Shown here in pieces: positions 37,142 through 46,277 of a stretch of 64,000 nt of DNA; position 1 is the first letter of the stretch; every line of letters begins with the position of its first letter. A program made the position numbers and the translations under genes. The stretch lies in NCBI GenBank assembly GCA_965216545.1, contig OZ244172.1, positions 1,670,763-1,734,762 of the forward strand, read 5' to 3'. The notes beneath the pieces are model-generated. The model searched no databases. It had not been told where the DNA came from and worked only from the letters and a program-made list of their open reading frames with translations. The DNA is from Bryobacterales bacterium. Lineage in GTDB: Bacteria > Acidobacteriota > Terriglobia > Bryobacterales > UBA6623.

Positions 37142-38143
37142 ATGAACCTGGGAATCGACAACGTCCTGGGCGCCGGCTTGCTCGTCGCCACGCTCTGCGG
37201 TTGTGCAGGGACGAGCCAAGACTTCCAGTTCCGCTACGCCCACGCGCAGCCCACCGGCCACCCGCGCAGTGTTTCGATGGAGCTCTTCGAGCGCGAGCTC
37301 GAGAGTCGCACCGGCGGACGCATTCAAGTGGAGAACTACTTCTCCGGCGTGCTGGGCGGTGAGCGCGACCTGATGGACATGGTGGCGACAGGCGTGTTGC
37401 AGGGCACCCGCGGCGGGCTGTTCGCCGACGCCAGCCCAAAGTACGCCCTGTTCCAGCTCCCTTTCTTGGTAGAGAACTGGGACCAGGCGCTGCGGCTGGT
37501 CTACAGCGACCTCGCCGACCGCATCAACCGCAGCGCCCGAGAGCACGGCTTCTACGTGCCCGCCTGCGGCATCTCGCAAGGCTTCCGCGCCCACACCAAC
37601 AGCGTGCGCCCGATCCTCGGCCCCGAAGATCTCGCCGGGCTCAAGATGCGCGTGCCGCCGCAAGAGGTCTACGTGGAAACGGCGCGCGCCTTCGGCGCCA
37701 ATCCCCAGGAGATCGCCTTTGTCGAGGTGTATCAGGCCATCCGCACCGGAGTGATCGACGGTCAAGACAATGCGCTGTCGAACATCTGGGATTTTCGGCT
37801 GCACGAGGTGCAGACCTACTTGACGATCACGAACTACTCCACCGGCCCCGACCCGTTCCTGATGAATCTCGAATGGCGCGAAGCGTTACCGCCGGATTTG
37901 CAGCAGACCCTCGACGAGGTCGCGCGCGAAACCATCCGCTACAGCGACCGGCTCAACCGCGAGACCGAGAGCGACTATCTCGAGAGGCTCTCGCGGGAGA
38001 TGGAGATGGCTAAGATCGACGGCGAAGGGCTCGAGCGATTTCGGCAGAAGGCGCAGTCGGTCTACGAAACGTTCATCGCCAAGGGCTACTTTACGCGGGA
38101 AGAGGTCGAGGAGGCGCGGCGTATCGCGCGCGGAGAGCGATGA
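37142..38143 (+). CDS. dctP: TRAP transporter substrate-binding protein (DctP family), lipoprotein-type signal
   Basis: 'LLVATLCGCAG' signal. 'FRYAHAQPTGHPRS', 'LPFLVENWDQA' and 'MRVPPQEVYVET' are typical DctP blocks. Followed by DctQ/DctM. Confidence 0.85.
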   Translation: MNLGIDNVLGAGLLVATLCGCAGTSQDFQFRYAHAQPTGHPRSVSMELFERELESRTGGRIQVENYFSGVLGGERDLMDMVATGVLQGTRGGLFADASPKYALFQLPFLVENWDQALRLVYSDLADRINRSAREHGFYVPACGISQGFRAHTNSVRPILGPEDLAGLKMRVPPQEVYVETARAFGANPQEIAFVEVYQAIRTGVIDGQDNALSNIWDFRLHEVQTYLTITNYSTGPDPFLMNLEWREALPPDLQQTLDEVARETIRYSDRLNRETESDYLERLSREMEMAKIDGEGLERFRQKAQSVYETFIAKGYFTREEVEEARRIARGER

Positions 38144-38622
38144 CGCTCGATGCGATCGAGTCGAAATTGTCACGCGCGATCGAAGCGGTCGCGGCCGCTT
38201 GCCTGCTCGCGATTCTTGTGTTGATCGCCGCGCTGGTCCTGCTGCGCTACGTCTTCAACGCCGGAATCGTGGGGGCCAACGAGGCGTCGGTGATCCTGTT
38301 CGTCTACGCCAGCGCTCTAGGCGCCGCGGTCGAGGCGGGCAGGGGGCGGCACATCGCGATTGCGTTCGCGGTCGACAAGCTCGGCCCCGCGGGGCGACGT
38401 TGGGCGCGGGCGGCGGCGTTCTCGCTGGTCGCGCTGCTCAACGCCTGGATTGCGTGGCTTAGCTTGGGATGGATCGAGGCAACGGGCGAGTTTCTGATGC
38501 CCGCGACGCAACTGCCGCGCTTTGCGGTGCAGGCTGCAATTCCGCTCGGTTGCGGGCTAGCGACGCTCTACTGTCTGTTGGCCGTGCGGCGGGTCCTCGC
38601 CGGCGGGGACCCGGCGCGATGA
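38140..38622 (+). CDS. dctQ: TRAP transporter small permease (DctQ family)
   Basis: 160 aa with four hydrophobic helices. ATGA overlaps on both sides (38140-38143 and 38619-38622). Confidence 0.8.
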   Translation: MTLDAIESKLSRAIEAVAAACLLAILVLIAALVLLRYVFNAGIVGANEASVILFVYASALGAAVEAGRGRHIAIAFAVDKLGPAGRRWARAAAFSLVALLNAWIAWLSLGWIEATGEFLMPATQLPRFAVQAAIPLGCGLATLYCLLAVRRVLAGGDPAR

Positions 38623-39896
38623 CGCTTCTACTGCTCGCCCTGGTCGCGCTGATCATCGCGGGCGCGCCCATCGCCTACGCCCTGGGGCTCTCGGCGTTGG
38701 CGTTTTTTCTCGTCGAAGACCCGGCGATGCTCCGGGTGCTGCCGCAGCGCCTGTTCGCCGGGCTCAATTCCTACGCGCTCCTCGCGCTGCCGCTGTTCAT
38801 CTTGATGGGGCTGGTGATGAACGCGGCGCAGATCACCGGGCGGATCCTCGAGCTGAGCGCCCTCGTCGTGGGGAGGCTCAAGGGAGGGTTGGGGCTAGTC
38901 AACGTCGCCGCCAGCATGCTCTTCGGCGGCATCTCGGGCTCTTCGGCGTCCGACACGGCGTCCATCGGCGCCGTGTTGATTCCCGAAATGGAGAAGCGCG
39001 GGTATCCGCCGGCCTTCGCCGCCGGCGTCACCGTGGCCTCGTCAACCATGGGTATGATTATCCCGCCAAGCATTCCCATGGTGCTCTACGCTGTGGTCGC
39101 GCAGGAGTCGGTGGGACGCCTGTTCTTGGCGGGCGCAATTCCGGGGCTGCTGATCGGCCTGTTGCAACTCGTGATCGCGCTGGAGATCGCGCGGCGCCGC
39201 GACTATCCCGCCGAGGTTGTCACGCCCGGGTGGCGAACGGCTCTCGAGAACACGTTTCGCTCGACGCCGGTCCTGGCGATGCCGCTGGTCATCGTGGGAG
39301 CGGTCGTTTTCGGCGTCGCGACCGCGACCGAGAGCGCGGCGTTGGGGGTGATCTACGCCCTCGCCGTGGGGTTCTGGCTCACACGGGCAATGACGGCGGG
39401 CGCGTTGTGGGAGAGCTTGCGGCAGGCGGCGCGGACGAGCGCGAAGATCATGATGATCATCGCATTCTCGCAGGTCTACATCTGGATTTTGGCGCTCGAG
39501 CGCATCCCAGAATCGATCGCCGCGACGGTGACGGGGTTGGGGTTGGGACCGCTGGCCACGCTGCTGGTCGTGGACGCGATCATCCTCGTGGCGGGCACGG
39601 TGATCGACGTTAGCCCGGCGATCCTGTTGCTCACGCCGGTCTTTCTGCCCGCCCTGTCGGCGGCCGGCGTCTCGCCGGTTCAGTTCGGCGTCATCCTGGT
39701 TTCGGGCTTGGCGGTCGGAGCGTGCACGCCCCCGGTTGGCAACTGCTTGAACGTCTGCGCGGCGATTTCCCGCTTGGGGATTGGAGCGATCTTCCGGGGC
39801 GCGTCGCCGTTCTTGGCCGCCAACGTCGCTGTCATGCTGCTCTGCACGCTGTTCCCGCGGCTGGTGCTGTGGTTGCCTTCCGTTCTGATGGAGTAG
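38619..39896 (+). CDS. dctM: TRAP transporter large permease (DctM family)
   Basis: Start set at 'MTLLLLALVALIIAGAPIAYALGL' (canonical DctM N-terminus; ATGA overlap with dctQ). 'FGGISGSSASDTASIGAVLIPEM' block. Confidence 0.9.
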   Translation: MTLLLLALVALIIAGAPIAYALGLSALAFFLVEDPAMLRVLPQRLFAGLNSYALLALPLFILMGLVMNAAQITGRILELSALVVGRLKGGLGLVNVAASMLFGGISGSSASDTASIGAVLIPEMEKRGYPPAFAAGVTVASSTMGMIIPPSIPMVLYAVVAQESVGRLFLAGAIPGLLIGLLQLVIALEIARRRDYPAEVVTPGWRTALENTFRSTPVLAMPLVIVGAVVFGVATATESAALGVIYALAVGFWLTRAMTAGALWESLRQAARTSAKIMMIIAFSQVYIWILALERIPESIAATVTGLGLGPLATLLVVDAIILVAGTVIDVSPAILLLTPVFLPALSAAGVSPVQFGVILVSGLAVGACTPPVGNCLNVCAAISRLGIGAIFRGASPFLAANVAVMLLCTLFPRLVLWLPSVLME

Positions 39897-39920
39897 CAGC
39901 GCCCCGATGGCCGCTTTTCG

Positions 39921-41861
39921 CTACTGCCAGCTCTCGTCGAAAAATCCCGCCTGGACAGCGGACCCGTCATCCGTCGCTAAGACCGCCCAGTCGCCGAGCC
40001 GCGGGTAGAGCAATGCGTTGGTGCCTCGGAACTCCGCTGCGTGGAAGGTGTGCCCGCTGTTGAGCACCACGTAGCGCTCCGGGTTGAGCGGATTGGGACG
40101 GATCAGCGCCGGCAGACGGGTCGCGGCGTCGAAGCGCCGACCGCCGAGCTCGAGCGCGCGCCTGTCCCAACTCAGCGGCAGCCCCTTGAGAATGCGGGCG
40201 ATGAGGGCGTTGCTGCCCGGATCCCCAAACAAGATCAGGTTCTTGCCGGCAATGTCGTGCGGTGTGACTTCTCGATCGGTTTTGATCGGGACGTCGCCCC
40301 GAAGCCATTTGGGGAGCTCGCGTTGGAATCGCCGCAGCCGCGCGGTCGCGGCTCGGTGGGCGGCCTGGTTCCAAGGCCGGCCGCTGGGCGCAACCGCCAG
40401 GAACGGCGCCGTGAAGGCGTCGTCGATCGGTCCCGCCAGCCCGGGCCGCTTCACAGCAGAGGCGCCGCGCATGGCTTGCTCGGAGGGGTAGGCGCGCCAC
40501 GCACCGCCCTTGCGCCCGAGATAGACCGTCGCCGTATGCTGCGGCGGCAGTCGCACCTCGGTCCCGTCGATGTCGACGGCGGCGACCGCGCCGGCATCCT
40601 CGAGCACCAGCCGGCTGACGTTCCCGGTAGTGACGCGGACCGTCGCGCCATCGCGCTCGGCGACGACCTCGGCATGCTCGTACATGCGCTCCAGCCCGTC
40701 GATCCGCACCCAGAACGCATGGGCGTAGCGGGTGGTGCGGGTGACGAAGCGAATGCGGTCCGGAACCCGCCGTCCACGCTCGACCGCCGCATCGAGAAAG
40801 GCGTTCGAGCGGCGCTTGCTCTCGGGGTGAAAGCGGTGGCCGGTCTTGGGCCCGACCAAGAAGATAGCCCGCAGCGAATCGGTTCCGAAGTCGAGGCCGT
40901 CGGGGTGGAACACGGCGCCGTCGCGCGCGAGCGCTTCGCGGATGTTGACCGATGCTTGCAGTTGCGCATCGTCCTCGCCGCCGTAACCGACCACGGCGAA
41001 CAACCGGGCGTTGGGGGCGTAGTCTACGGCGTCGTAGATGTGCATCGCGCGCTTGTGCCGACCCGGCACGACCTCGGGCAAGCTCTTGCGTGCGTAGACC
41101 AAAGTGTCGGTAAAGCCCGCGCCGGCTTCGATCGCCGCCCAGCGATCCGGGTGGTGCAGGCCCAGATGCCACGCGCCGGCGCCGCCCATTGAGAAGCCGC
41201 GCAGCACAACCCGGTCGCGATCGACGCGGTAGGCGCGCTCGACCGCGGCCATGGCCTCGAACACGTCCCGCTCGCCCGCCCAGCGGTAGGCGTTGTTGGT
41301 GCGGCCGTAGACTTCGAGCTGCAAGTAGGCGGGCGATGGCGTCCCGGCCCGCGGCCGTGCCGCGCTGCTGAGAAAGCTCACTTCGTTGAGCCGGGAGTTG
41401 CGCCCGTGTAGGACGACGTCGAGCCGCATCGGTTCGCCGCGGTAACCGGGCGGGACGTGGATGATGTAGGGCTGTACGCTGCCGTCGAGGCCTGAGCGGT
41501 ACCCGCGCACGATGCGGCCGGGCCGCCCCAACCAGGGGGTCTCGCCTCGACTCAATGCCTCGGCACGCTCGCGGCCTTCCGCCGCCGCGTTGAGAGCGTC
41601 GTGAATGTAGATCTTGCGGTGGTACTCCTCCGGGTAACGCAGCATCCAGACCAGCGCCTTGTGGAAGACCTCCACGTCGACGAGGATCTCATCGGGGACG
41701 CCCTGACGCCGCAGTTGCTCGACCTGCCGGCCGAGCGCCGCGGTCTGCTTCCCGAGCATCTCGAGCTCGACGCCAGTGGGACGGAAGGGCGGTTCGCCTT
41801 GCTGGCCAACCAGGACCGCCCCGGCGGCGAGCAGGCTCAACGATAACAGCGAGCGCTTCAC
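39921..41861 (-). CDS. Secreted alpha/beta hydrolase (prolyl oligopeptidase/esterase-type) with large C-terminal extension
   Basis: Signal MKRSLLSLSLLAAGAVLVG. Nucleophile elbow 'LRGFSMGGAGAWHLG' (GxSxG). Confidence 0.75.
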   Translation of the reverse strand: MKRSLLSLSLLAAGAVLVGQQGEPPFRPTGVELEMLGKQTAALGRQVEQLRRQGVPDEILVDVEVFHKALVWMLRYPEEYHRKIYIHDALNAAAEGRERAEALSRGETPWLGRPGRIVRGYRSGLDGSVQPYIIHVPPGYRGEPMRLDVVLHGRNSRLNEVSFLSSAARPRAGTPSPAYLQLEVYGRTNNAYRWAGERDVFEAMAAVERAYRVDRDRVVLRGFSMGGAGAWHLGLHHPDRWAAIEAGAGFTDTLVYARKSLPEVVPGRHKRAMHIYDAVDYAPNARLFAVVGYGGEDDAQLQASVNIREALARDGAVFHPDGLDFGTDSLRAIFLVGPKTGHRFHPESKRRSNAFLDAAVERGRRVPDRIRFVTRTTRYAHAFWVRIDGLERMYEHAEVVAERDGATVRVTTGNVSRLVLEDAGAVAAVDIDGTEVRLPPQHTATVYLGRKGGAWRAYPSEQAMRGASAVKRPGLAGPIDDAFTAPFLAVAPSGRPWNQAAHRAATARLRRFQRELPKWLRGDVPIKTDREVTPHDIAGKNLILFGDPGSNALIARILKGLPLSWDRRALELGGRRFDAATRLPALIRPNPLNPERYVVLNSGHTFHAAEFRGTNALLYPRLGDWAVLATDDGSAVQAGFFDESWQ

Positions 41862-41888
41862 GACTCGGATTGTCGCCGATCGCGACGC

Positions 41889-43010
41889 TTACTTCCAGCC
41901 GACGCGCCCGCGCCGCGCCACGGCGTAGTAAAAACCGAAGAACGCCGCCAAGTTGATCATGGTGAAGTAGTAGGGCAGCCGCAGGGCTCGCGCCCGCAGC
42001 CAGCCCAAAGCGCCGAGCGCGGCAAGCGCGTAGAAGCCCGTCTGGAGCGCGAGCGTCAGACGGTAGAAGGGCGATTCCAGCACAAACAGATTGGCGACGC
42101 AGGCGGCCAGCAGGGCGAACGGCGCAACCAGTCGGGCGGCCTTGTGCGAGAGGAAGAAGAACAGCGTGAGCCATTGCGAGGGCGGCCAGAACAGGCCCTT
42201 CATCTCGGCGAGCTGGGCGAAATTGCCGGCCATCAGGCGAACGCGCCGGCCGAATCCGCTCGAGTCCTGCGCCTCCTCCCAAGCCAGCGCCTCGGGCTCG
42301 TAGGCGGCGCGGTAGCCCTGCGCGACGATGCGCATTGGGATCACGAAATCGTCGTTGATGACGCTCGGGTCGGGGAAGGGATAGAGCGTACGGCGAATCG
42401 CGTAGAGTGCGCCGTGCGCGCCCAGGATCGAGCCCAGAGCCGCCTCGCGCTCCTTGAGGAAAGTCTCATAGCGCCAGTAGAAGTCCTCCTGCTTGCCCAG
42501 CGCCGCTCCGGCTTCGTTGCGAATCTTGTAGATGCCGCTGACTGCGCCGACCTTGGGATCGGCGAAGTTCGAGGCGAGCCGCCGTAGGGCGTCGGGCTCG
42601 GGCATGGTCGCGGCGTCTGAGAAGACGACGATCTCGGATTCCACCCGCCGCATCACGTCGTTGAGCATCGCGAGCTTGCCACGATTCTGCTCGAACGCCA
42701 TGATGCGCACGCGCTCGTCGCTCTCGAACGCCCGCGCTCGCTCCACCGTGTCGTCTCGCGAGCCGTCGGAGGCGACGACGATCTCGAGCTTGTCAGCGGG
42801 ATAGTCGAGCGCTAGACACGCTTCGAGCTTCTCGACGATGACATCCTGCTCGTCATAAGCGGGAATGACGAGCGAGATCGACGGCGTATGCGGGGCCTTG
42901 GCGACCTCTCGCCGATAGACCGCGGTCAAGGCCGCCAGGGCGGCGGGAAAGCCAACATAAACGTAACCAACCAGGGCCGCCGAAACCCAAAAGACCCACA
43001 GGGCGACCAT
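41889..43010 (-). CDS. Membrane-bound family 2 glycosyltransferase (processive synthase-like)
   Basis: 'ISLVIPAYDEQDVI', 'VVASDGSRDDT' and 'VVFSDAATMPEPDAL' (DxD region), with N- and C-terminal TM helices. Confidence 0.85.
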   Translation of the reverse strand: MVALWVFWVSAALVGYVYVGFPAALAALTAVYRREVAKAPHTPSISLVIPAYDEQDVIVEKLEACLALDYPADKLEIVVASDGSRDDTVERARAFESDERVRIMAFEQNRGKLAMLNDVMRRVESEIVVFSDAATMPEPDALRRLASNFADPKVGAVSGIYKIRNEAGAALGKQEDFYWRYETFLKEREAALGSILGAHGALYAIRRTLYPFPDPSVINDDFVIPMRIVAQGYRAAYEPEALAWEEAQDSSGFGRRVRLMAGNFAQLAEMKGLFWPPSQWLTLFFFLSHKAARLVAPFALLAACVANLFVLESPFYRLTLALQTGFYALAALGALGWLRARALRLPYYFTMINLAAFFGFYYAVARRGRVGWK

Positions 43011-43051
43011 CCCACCCGATTGTACACTGGGGTTAGAGGCCCGCTAAGTCC

Positions 43052-45091
43052 ATGACGCGCTTGCACATCGCGGCCCTTGCGGCACTGCTTCTCGGCAGCG
43101 CCTTGGTCGCCCAGCAAGTCACCTTCCGCAGCGAGACCGTGCTGATGGAGGTCGAGGTGCGCGTGACCGGGCGCCGCGGCGCTCCCGTGCGCGACCTCGG
43201 CCCCGACGACTTCCGGCTCTACGAGAACGGCGAGCTGCAGCAGATCCGCGCTTTCGAGCGGGTGGACGCCGCCGGGCAGGGGCAGGCCTTCGTCCGCGCG
43301 GCGCCTCCACCGAGAGCACGGCCCGCCGACGGGTTGGCCCCGGAGACCCAGGCGGACCAGCTTCGCCGCAGCCTGTTTCTCTATATCGCCGCCCGCGGGC
43401 GCCAGATCGATCGCCAACCGATCGTCGACGCCATCCGGCGATTCCTCGACGATCAACTGCGCCCCGGCGTCTACGTTTCGATCGAGGGCCGACCGTTTAC
43501 CTCCAATCGACGGCAGCTCGAGCGCGACCTCGAAGACATGGCCGGTGCGAACCTCTCGCTGGGCGGCGGCACGACTGACCGAATCTCGATGGCGCTCGAG
43601 GACGAGACCGACGCCATGGTCGAGGACATCGCCGAGCTCAACGCACAATTCGGGGCGGAAGAAGGGGGCGCGACGCCGGTCGAGGAGCTCTACGGGGCGC
43701 TCACCTTCTATCGCTACATCCGCCTGGCGCAGACGCTCGGCGCTTTCCCGGGCAAGAAGGCCGTGGTGCTGTTCTCGGCCGGCATGCGGATTGACGACGC
43801 CAACTTGGACCTGGTGAGCCGTTTCGCCGCCGAAGCCACTCGTGCACGCGTCAGCTTCTACACCGTCGACACGCGCCGCCTCATGGCCAGCCCGGAATAC
43901 GACGCCGAGTCCGCGGCGGCGCCCTCGCGCCTGGCCGTGGAGGCCTTCCAGGACAACCAAGACGGCCTGTTCACCCTCGCGAAGAATTCCGGCGGCCGGG
44001 CAATCCAGAACACCAACCAGCTCGGCGAGATCTTCGACGTCGTACTCGAAGACTCGAGCGAGTACTACATCCTCGGCTACTATCCCGAAGACGTCTCGCA
44101 GCAGGGCCGCTTCCGCAAGATTCGCATCGAGGTCGACCGCGAGCGCGTGAAGCTGGACTACCGCAAGGGCTACTACGAGGAGAAGCAGTTCGAGCGCATG
44201 ACCGACGCCGAGAAGCGGCTCCAGCTGCTGCAGGCGCTCGAGCTCGAAACGGCCTTTTCCGACGTGCCGCTCTCGGCCGGCTTCGAGTTCTTCCGCGGTG
44301 AGGCCGGGCGCACCGTGCTGGGCTATTCCGTCGGTCTGCACCCCAGCTCGATGCCGGCTGAGCGCAAGGGCAAGAACTGGGAGGTTGATTTCTCGATCGT
44401 GGCCCGCGCGATGCATCTCGACGGAGAGCAGCGGTCGGCGGTGGAGGAGCGCCGCCTGCGCGTGCGCGTGCCGGCCGAAGCCTACGAGCGCATGCAATCG
44501 GACCCTTCTGCGCGGCTGCAGTACGTCTCGACGATGCAGATTCCGGCCGGGCGCCATCAGTGGCGCGTCATCGTGCGAGACGAGACCAGCGGCAGGCTCG
44601 GCAGCTACAAGGCGATCGTGACCGCGCCGGACTTCGACGGCGGGCACCCGGCGAGCTCTCTGCTGGTAACCGGGCGCGTTCAAGACCGGCCCGAGCCCAA
44701 AAAGAAGAACAAGAAGGGCGAGCCGGAAGCCGCCGGGCCGTTCGACATCGGGAGCTACCGCCTCTCGCCCGACTCCGATCGCATCTTCCGGCAGGGAGAC
44801 CCGCTCTACGCGCTCTACGATGTCTACGGCTACCGGCCGGTGGATCTTGCGCGGCCCGACAGCGCCAAGCTGGCGTTGTTTCGCGACCGCCAGCGCCTGG
44901 AGTCGATTCCGGTCACCGCCTACCGTGTCGCTGTCGACCGCCCGTCGAGCAGAGTCCGCTACCTCACCGTGCTGGACACGGCCAAGCTCAAGCCGGGCGA
45001 CTACGTGCTCGGCGCCCTGGTGCCGACCGGCGCCAAGAACGAGTCGGGGCTGGTTTGGCGGCGGTTTCGCGTGACCGGCGACGAGCCCTAG
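43052..45091 (+). CDS. VWFA-related acidobacterial domain protein (TIGR03436-type), secreted
   Basis: Signal MTRLHIAALAALLLGSALVAQ, then 'VTFRSETVLMEVEVRVTGRRGAPVRDLGPDDFRLYENGELQQI', the family's N-terminal signature as I recall it. Confidence 0.75.
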   Translation: MTRLHIAALAALLLGSALVAQQVTFRSETVLMEVEVRVTGRRGAPVRDLGPDDFRLYENGELQQIRAFERVDAAGQGQAFVRAAPPPRARPADGLAPETQADQLRRSLFLYIAARGRQIDRQPIVDAIRRFLDDQLRPGVYVSIEGRPFTSNRRQLERDLEDMAGANLSLGGGTTDRISMALEDETDAMVEDIAELNAQFGAEEGGATPVEELYGALTFYRYIRLAQTLGAFPGKKAVVLFSAGMRIDDANLDLVSRFAAEATRARVSFYTVDTRRLMASPEYDAESAAAPSRLAVEAFQDNQDGLFTLAKNSGGRAIQNTNQLGEIFDVVLEDSSEYYILGYYPEDVSQQGRFRKIRIEVDRERVKLDYRKGYYEEKQFERMTDAEKRLQLLQALELETAFSDVPLSAGFEFFRGEAGRTVLGYSVGLHPSSMPAERKGKNWEVDFSIVARAMHLDGEQRSAVEERRLRVRVPAEAYERMQSDPSARLQYVSTMQIPAGRHQWRVIVRDETSGRLGSYKAIVTAPDFDGGHPASSLLVTGRVQDRPEPKKKNKKGEPEAAGPFDIGSYRLSPDSDRIFRQGDPLYALYDVYGYRPVDLARPDSAKLALFRDRQRLESIPVTAYRVAVDRPSSRVRYLTVLDTAKLKPGDYVLGALVPTGAKNESGLVWRRFRVTGDEP

Positions 45092-45120
45092 TCTAGCGGG
45101 ATACAATCGGGGGTTTCCCG

Positions 45121-46194
45121 ATGTCCTCTGTCCTCCGTATTGGCCTCATCGGCGCCGGATCGGTCGCCAGCCGCGTGCATGCTCCCGGGCTACGTTTGTG
45201 CCCGGATGTCGAGATCGTCGCGGCCGCCGACCCCAACGCCGAGGCCGCGGCGGCGATCGGCGCCCAGCAGGTTTTCGACAGCCCGGCTCGACTGCTCGCC
45301 GACGCCGGTGTCGACGCCGTCGTGATCGCCATCCCCAACCACATGCATCACGACGTCGTGCTCGAAGCCGTCGCCGCCGGCAAGCACGTGCTCTGCGAAA
45401 AGCCGCTGGCCATGGGAGCGCCAGAGGCCGAGACCATGCTGGAAGCGGCGGAGCAGGCCGGCGTGGTTCACATGACGGCGTTCACCTACGCCTTCATGCC
45501 GGCCGCCCGCTATCTGACGCACCTGGTCGGCCAGGGCGAGCTCGGCGAGGTGCGCTCGGTGCGCTGCGCCTATCAGATGGCGCTCGCGGGCCACGTTCTC
45601 GGCTGGCGTTCGCAGTCCTCGCTGGCAGGCTCGGGCGTGCTGGGAGACCTGGGCAGCCACGTCATCCATATCGTGCTCGATCTCGCCGGCGAGCTCGAAG
45701 CGCTCAGCGGCTGGCAGAAGCGCTTCCGCGACGACCCCGGATCCGACGTCGAAGACTGGATCAGCTTCCTGGGCGAGTTCGCCTCGGGGGCGGTGGGGAC
45801 GTTCGAGATCTCCCGCGTCTGCCCCGGGCGCGGCGCCGACGTGGGTGAGAACATGTTCATCGAGGTCTACGGCTCAAAGGGCGCCGCCGCACTGACGATG
45901 CAGGAGCCCCGCGCCCTACGCGTTGCGATCGGCGAGGCCGGCGCCGACCCAACGAAGCCGCTGGAGCGAATCCAGGTCCCGCCCGAGTATTGGAAGCTGT
46001 CCGGCGCGCCGCGCCAGCTCGACGGAGGCGACCCCCGCTGGAGCTATCGCTACGATCAAGCGTTCCGCTTCGTCTCGAACATCCGCGACGGCGAGGTGCG
46101 AGAGCCCTCGTTCCGAGCGGGCTTGCGGACGCAGCGTGTCCTGGATGCAGCGTTGCTTTCGGCGGCGACGCGCGAGTGGACTCGGATCTGCTAG
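45121..46194 (+). CDS. Gfo/Idh/MocA family oxidoreductase (cytoplasmic)
   Basis: 'LRIGLIGAGSVASRVHAPGL' and 'VLCEKPLAM' signature blocks. Confidence 0.85.
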   Translation: MSSVLRIGLIGAGSVASRVHAPGLRLCPDVEIVAAADPNAEAAAAIGAQQVFDSPARLLADAGVDAVVIAIPNHMHHDVVLEAVAAGKHVLCEKPLAMGAPEAETMLEAAEQAGVVHMTAFTYAFMPAARYLTHLVGQGELGEVRSVRCAYQMALAGHVLGWRSQSSLAGSGVLGDLGSHVIHIVLDLAGELEALSGWQKRFRDDPGSDVEDWISFLGEFASGAVGTFEISRVCPGRGADVGENMFIEVYGSKGAAALTMQEPRALRVAIGEAGADPTKPLERIQVPPEYWKLSGAPRQLDGGDPRWSYRYDQAFRFVSNIRDGEVREPSFRAGLRTQRVLDAALLSAATREWTRIC

Positions 46195-46277
46195 GCGGGC
46201 GGATCCGTCGGAGTCGCATCCCGCGAGGGTGCGTTTGCGCGCGAACGCCGCAGAGCCTCCGACCGCAAGCATTTCCC

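Noticed and set aside
42926-45106. 726-aa ORF on the minus strand, the longest in this region
   Set aside because: It is exactly antisense to the VWFA-type gene (43052-45091). It is Arg/Ala/Gly/Leu/Val-dominated with no motif, whereas the plus-strand product has a signal peptide, balanced composition and a recognisable family signature. This is a typical high-GC shadow ORF.
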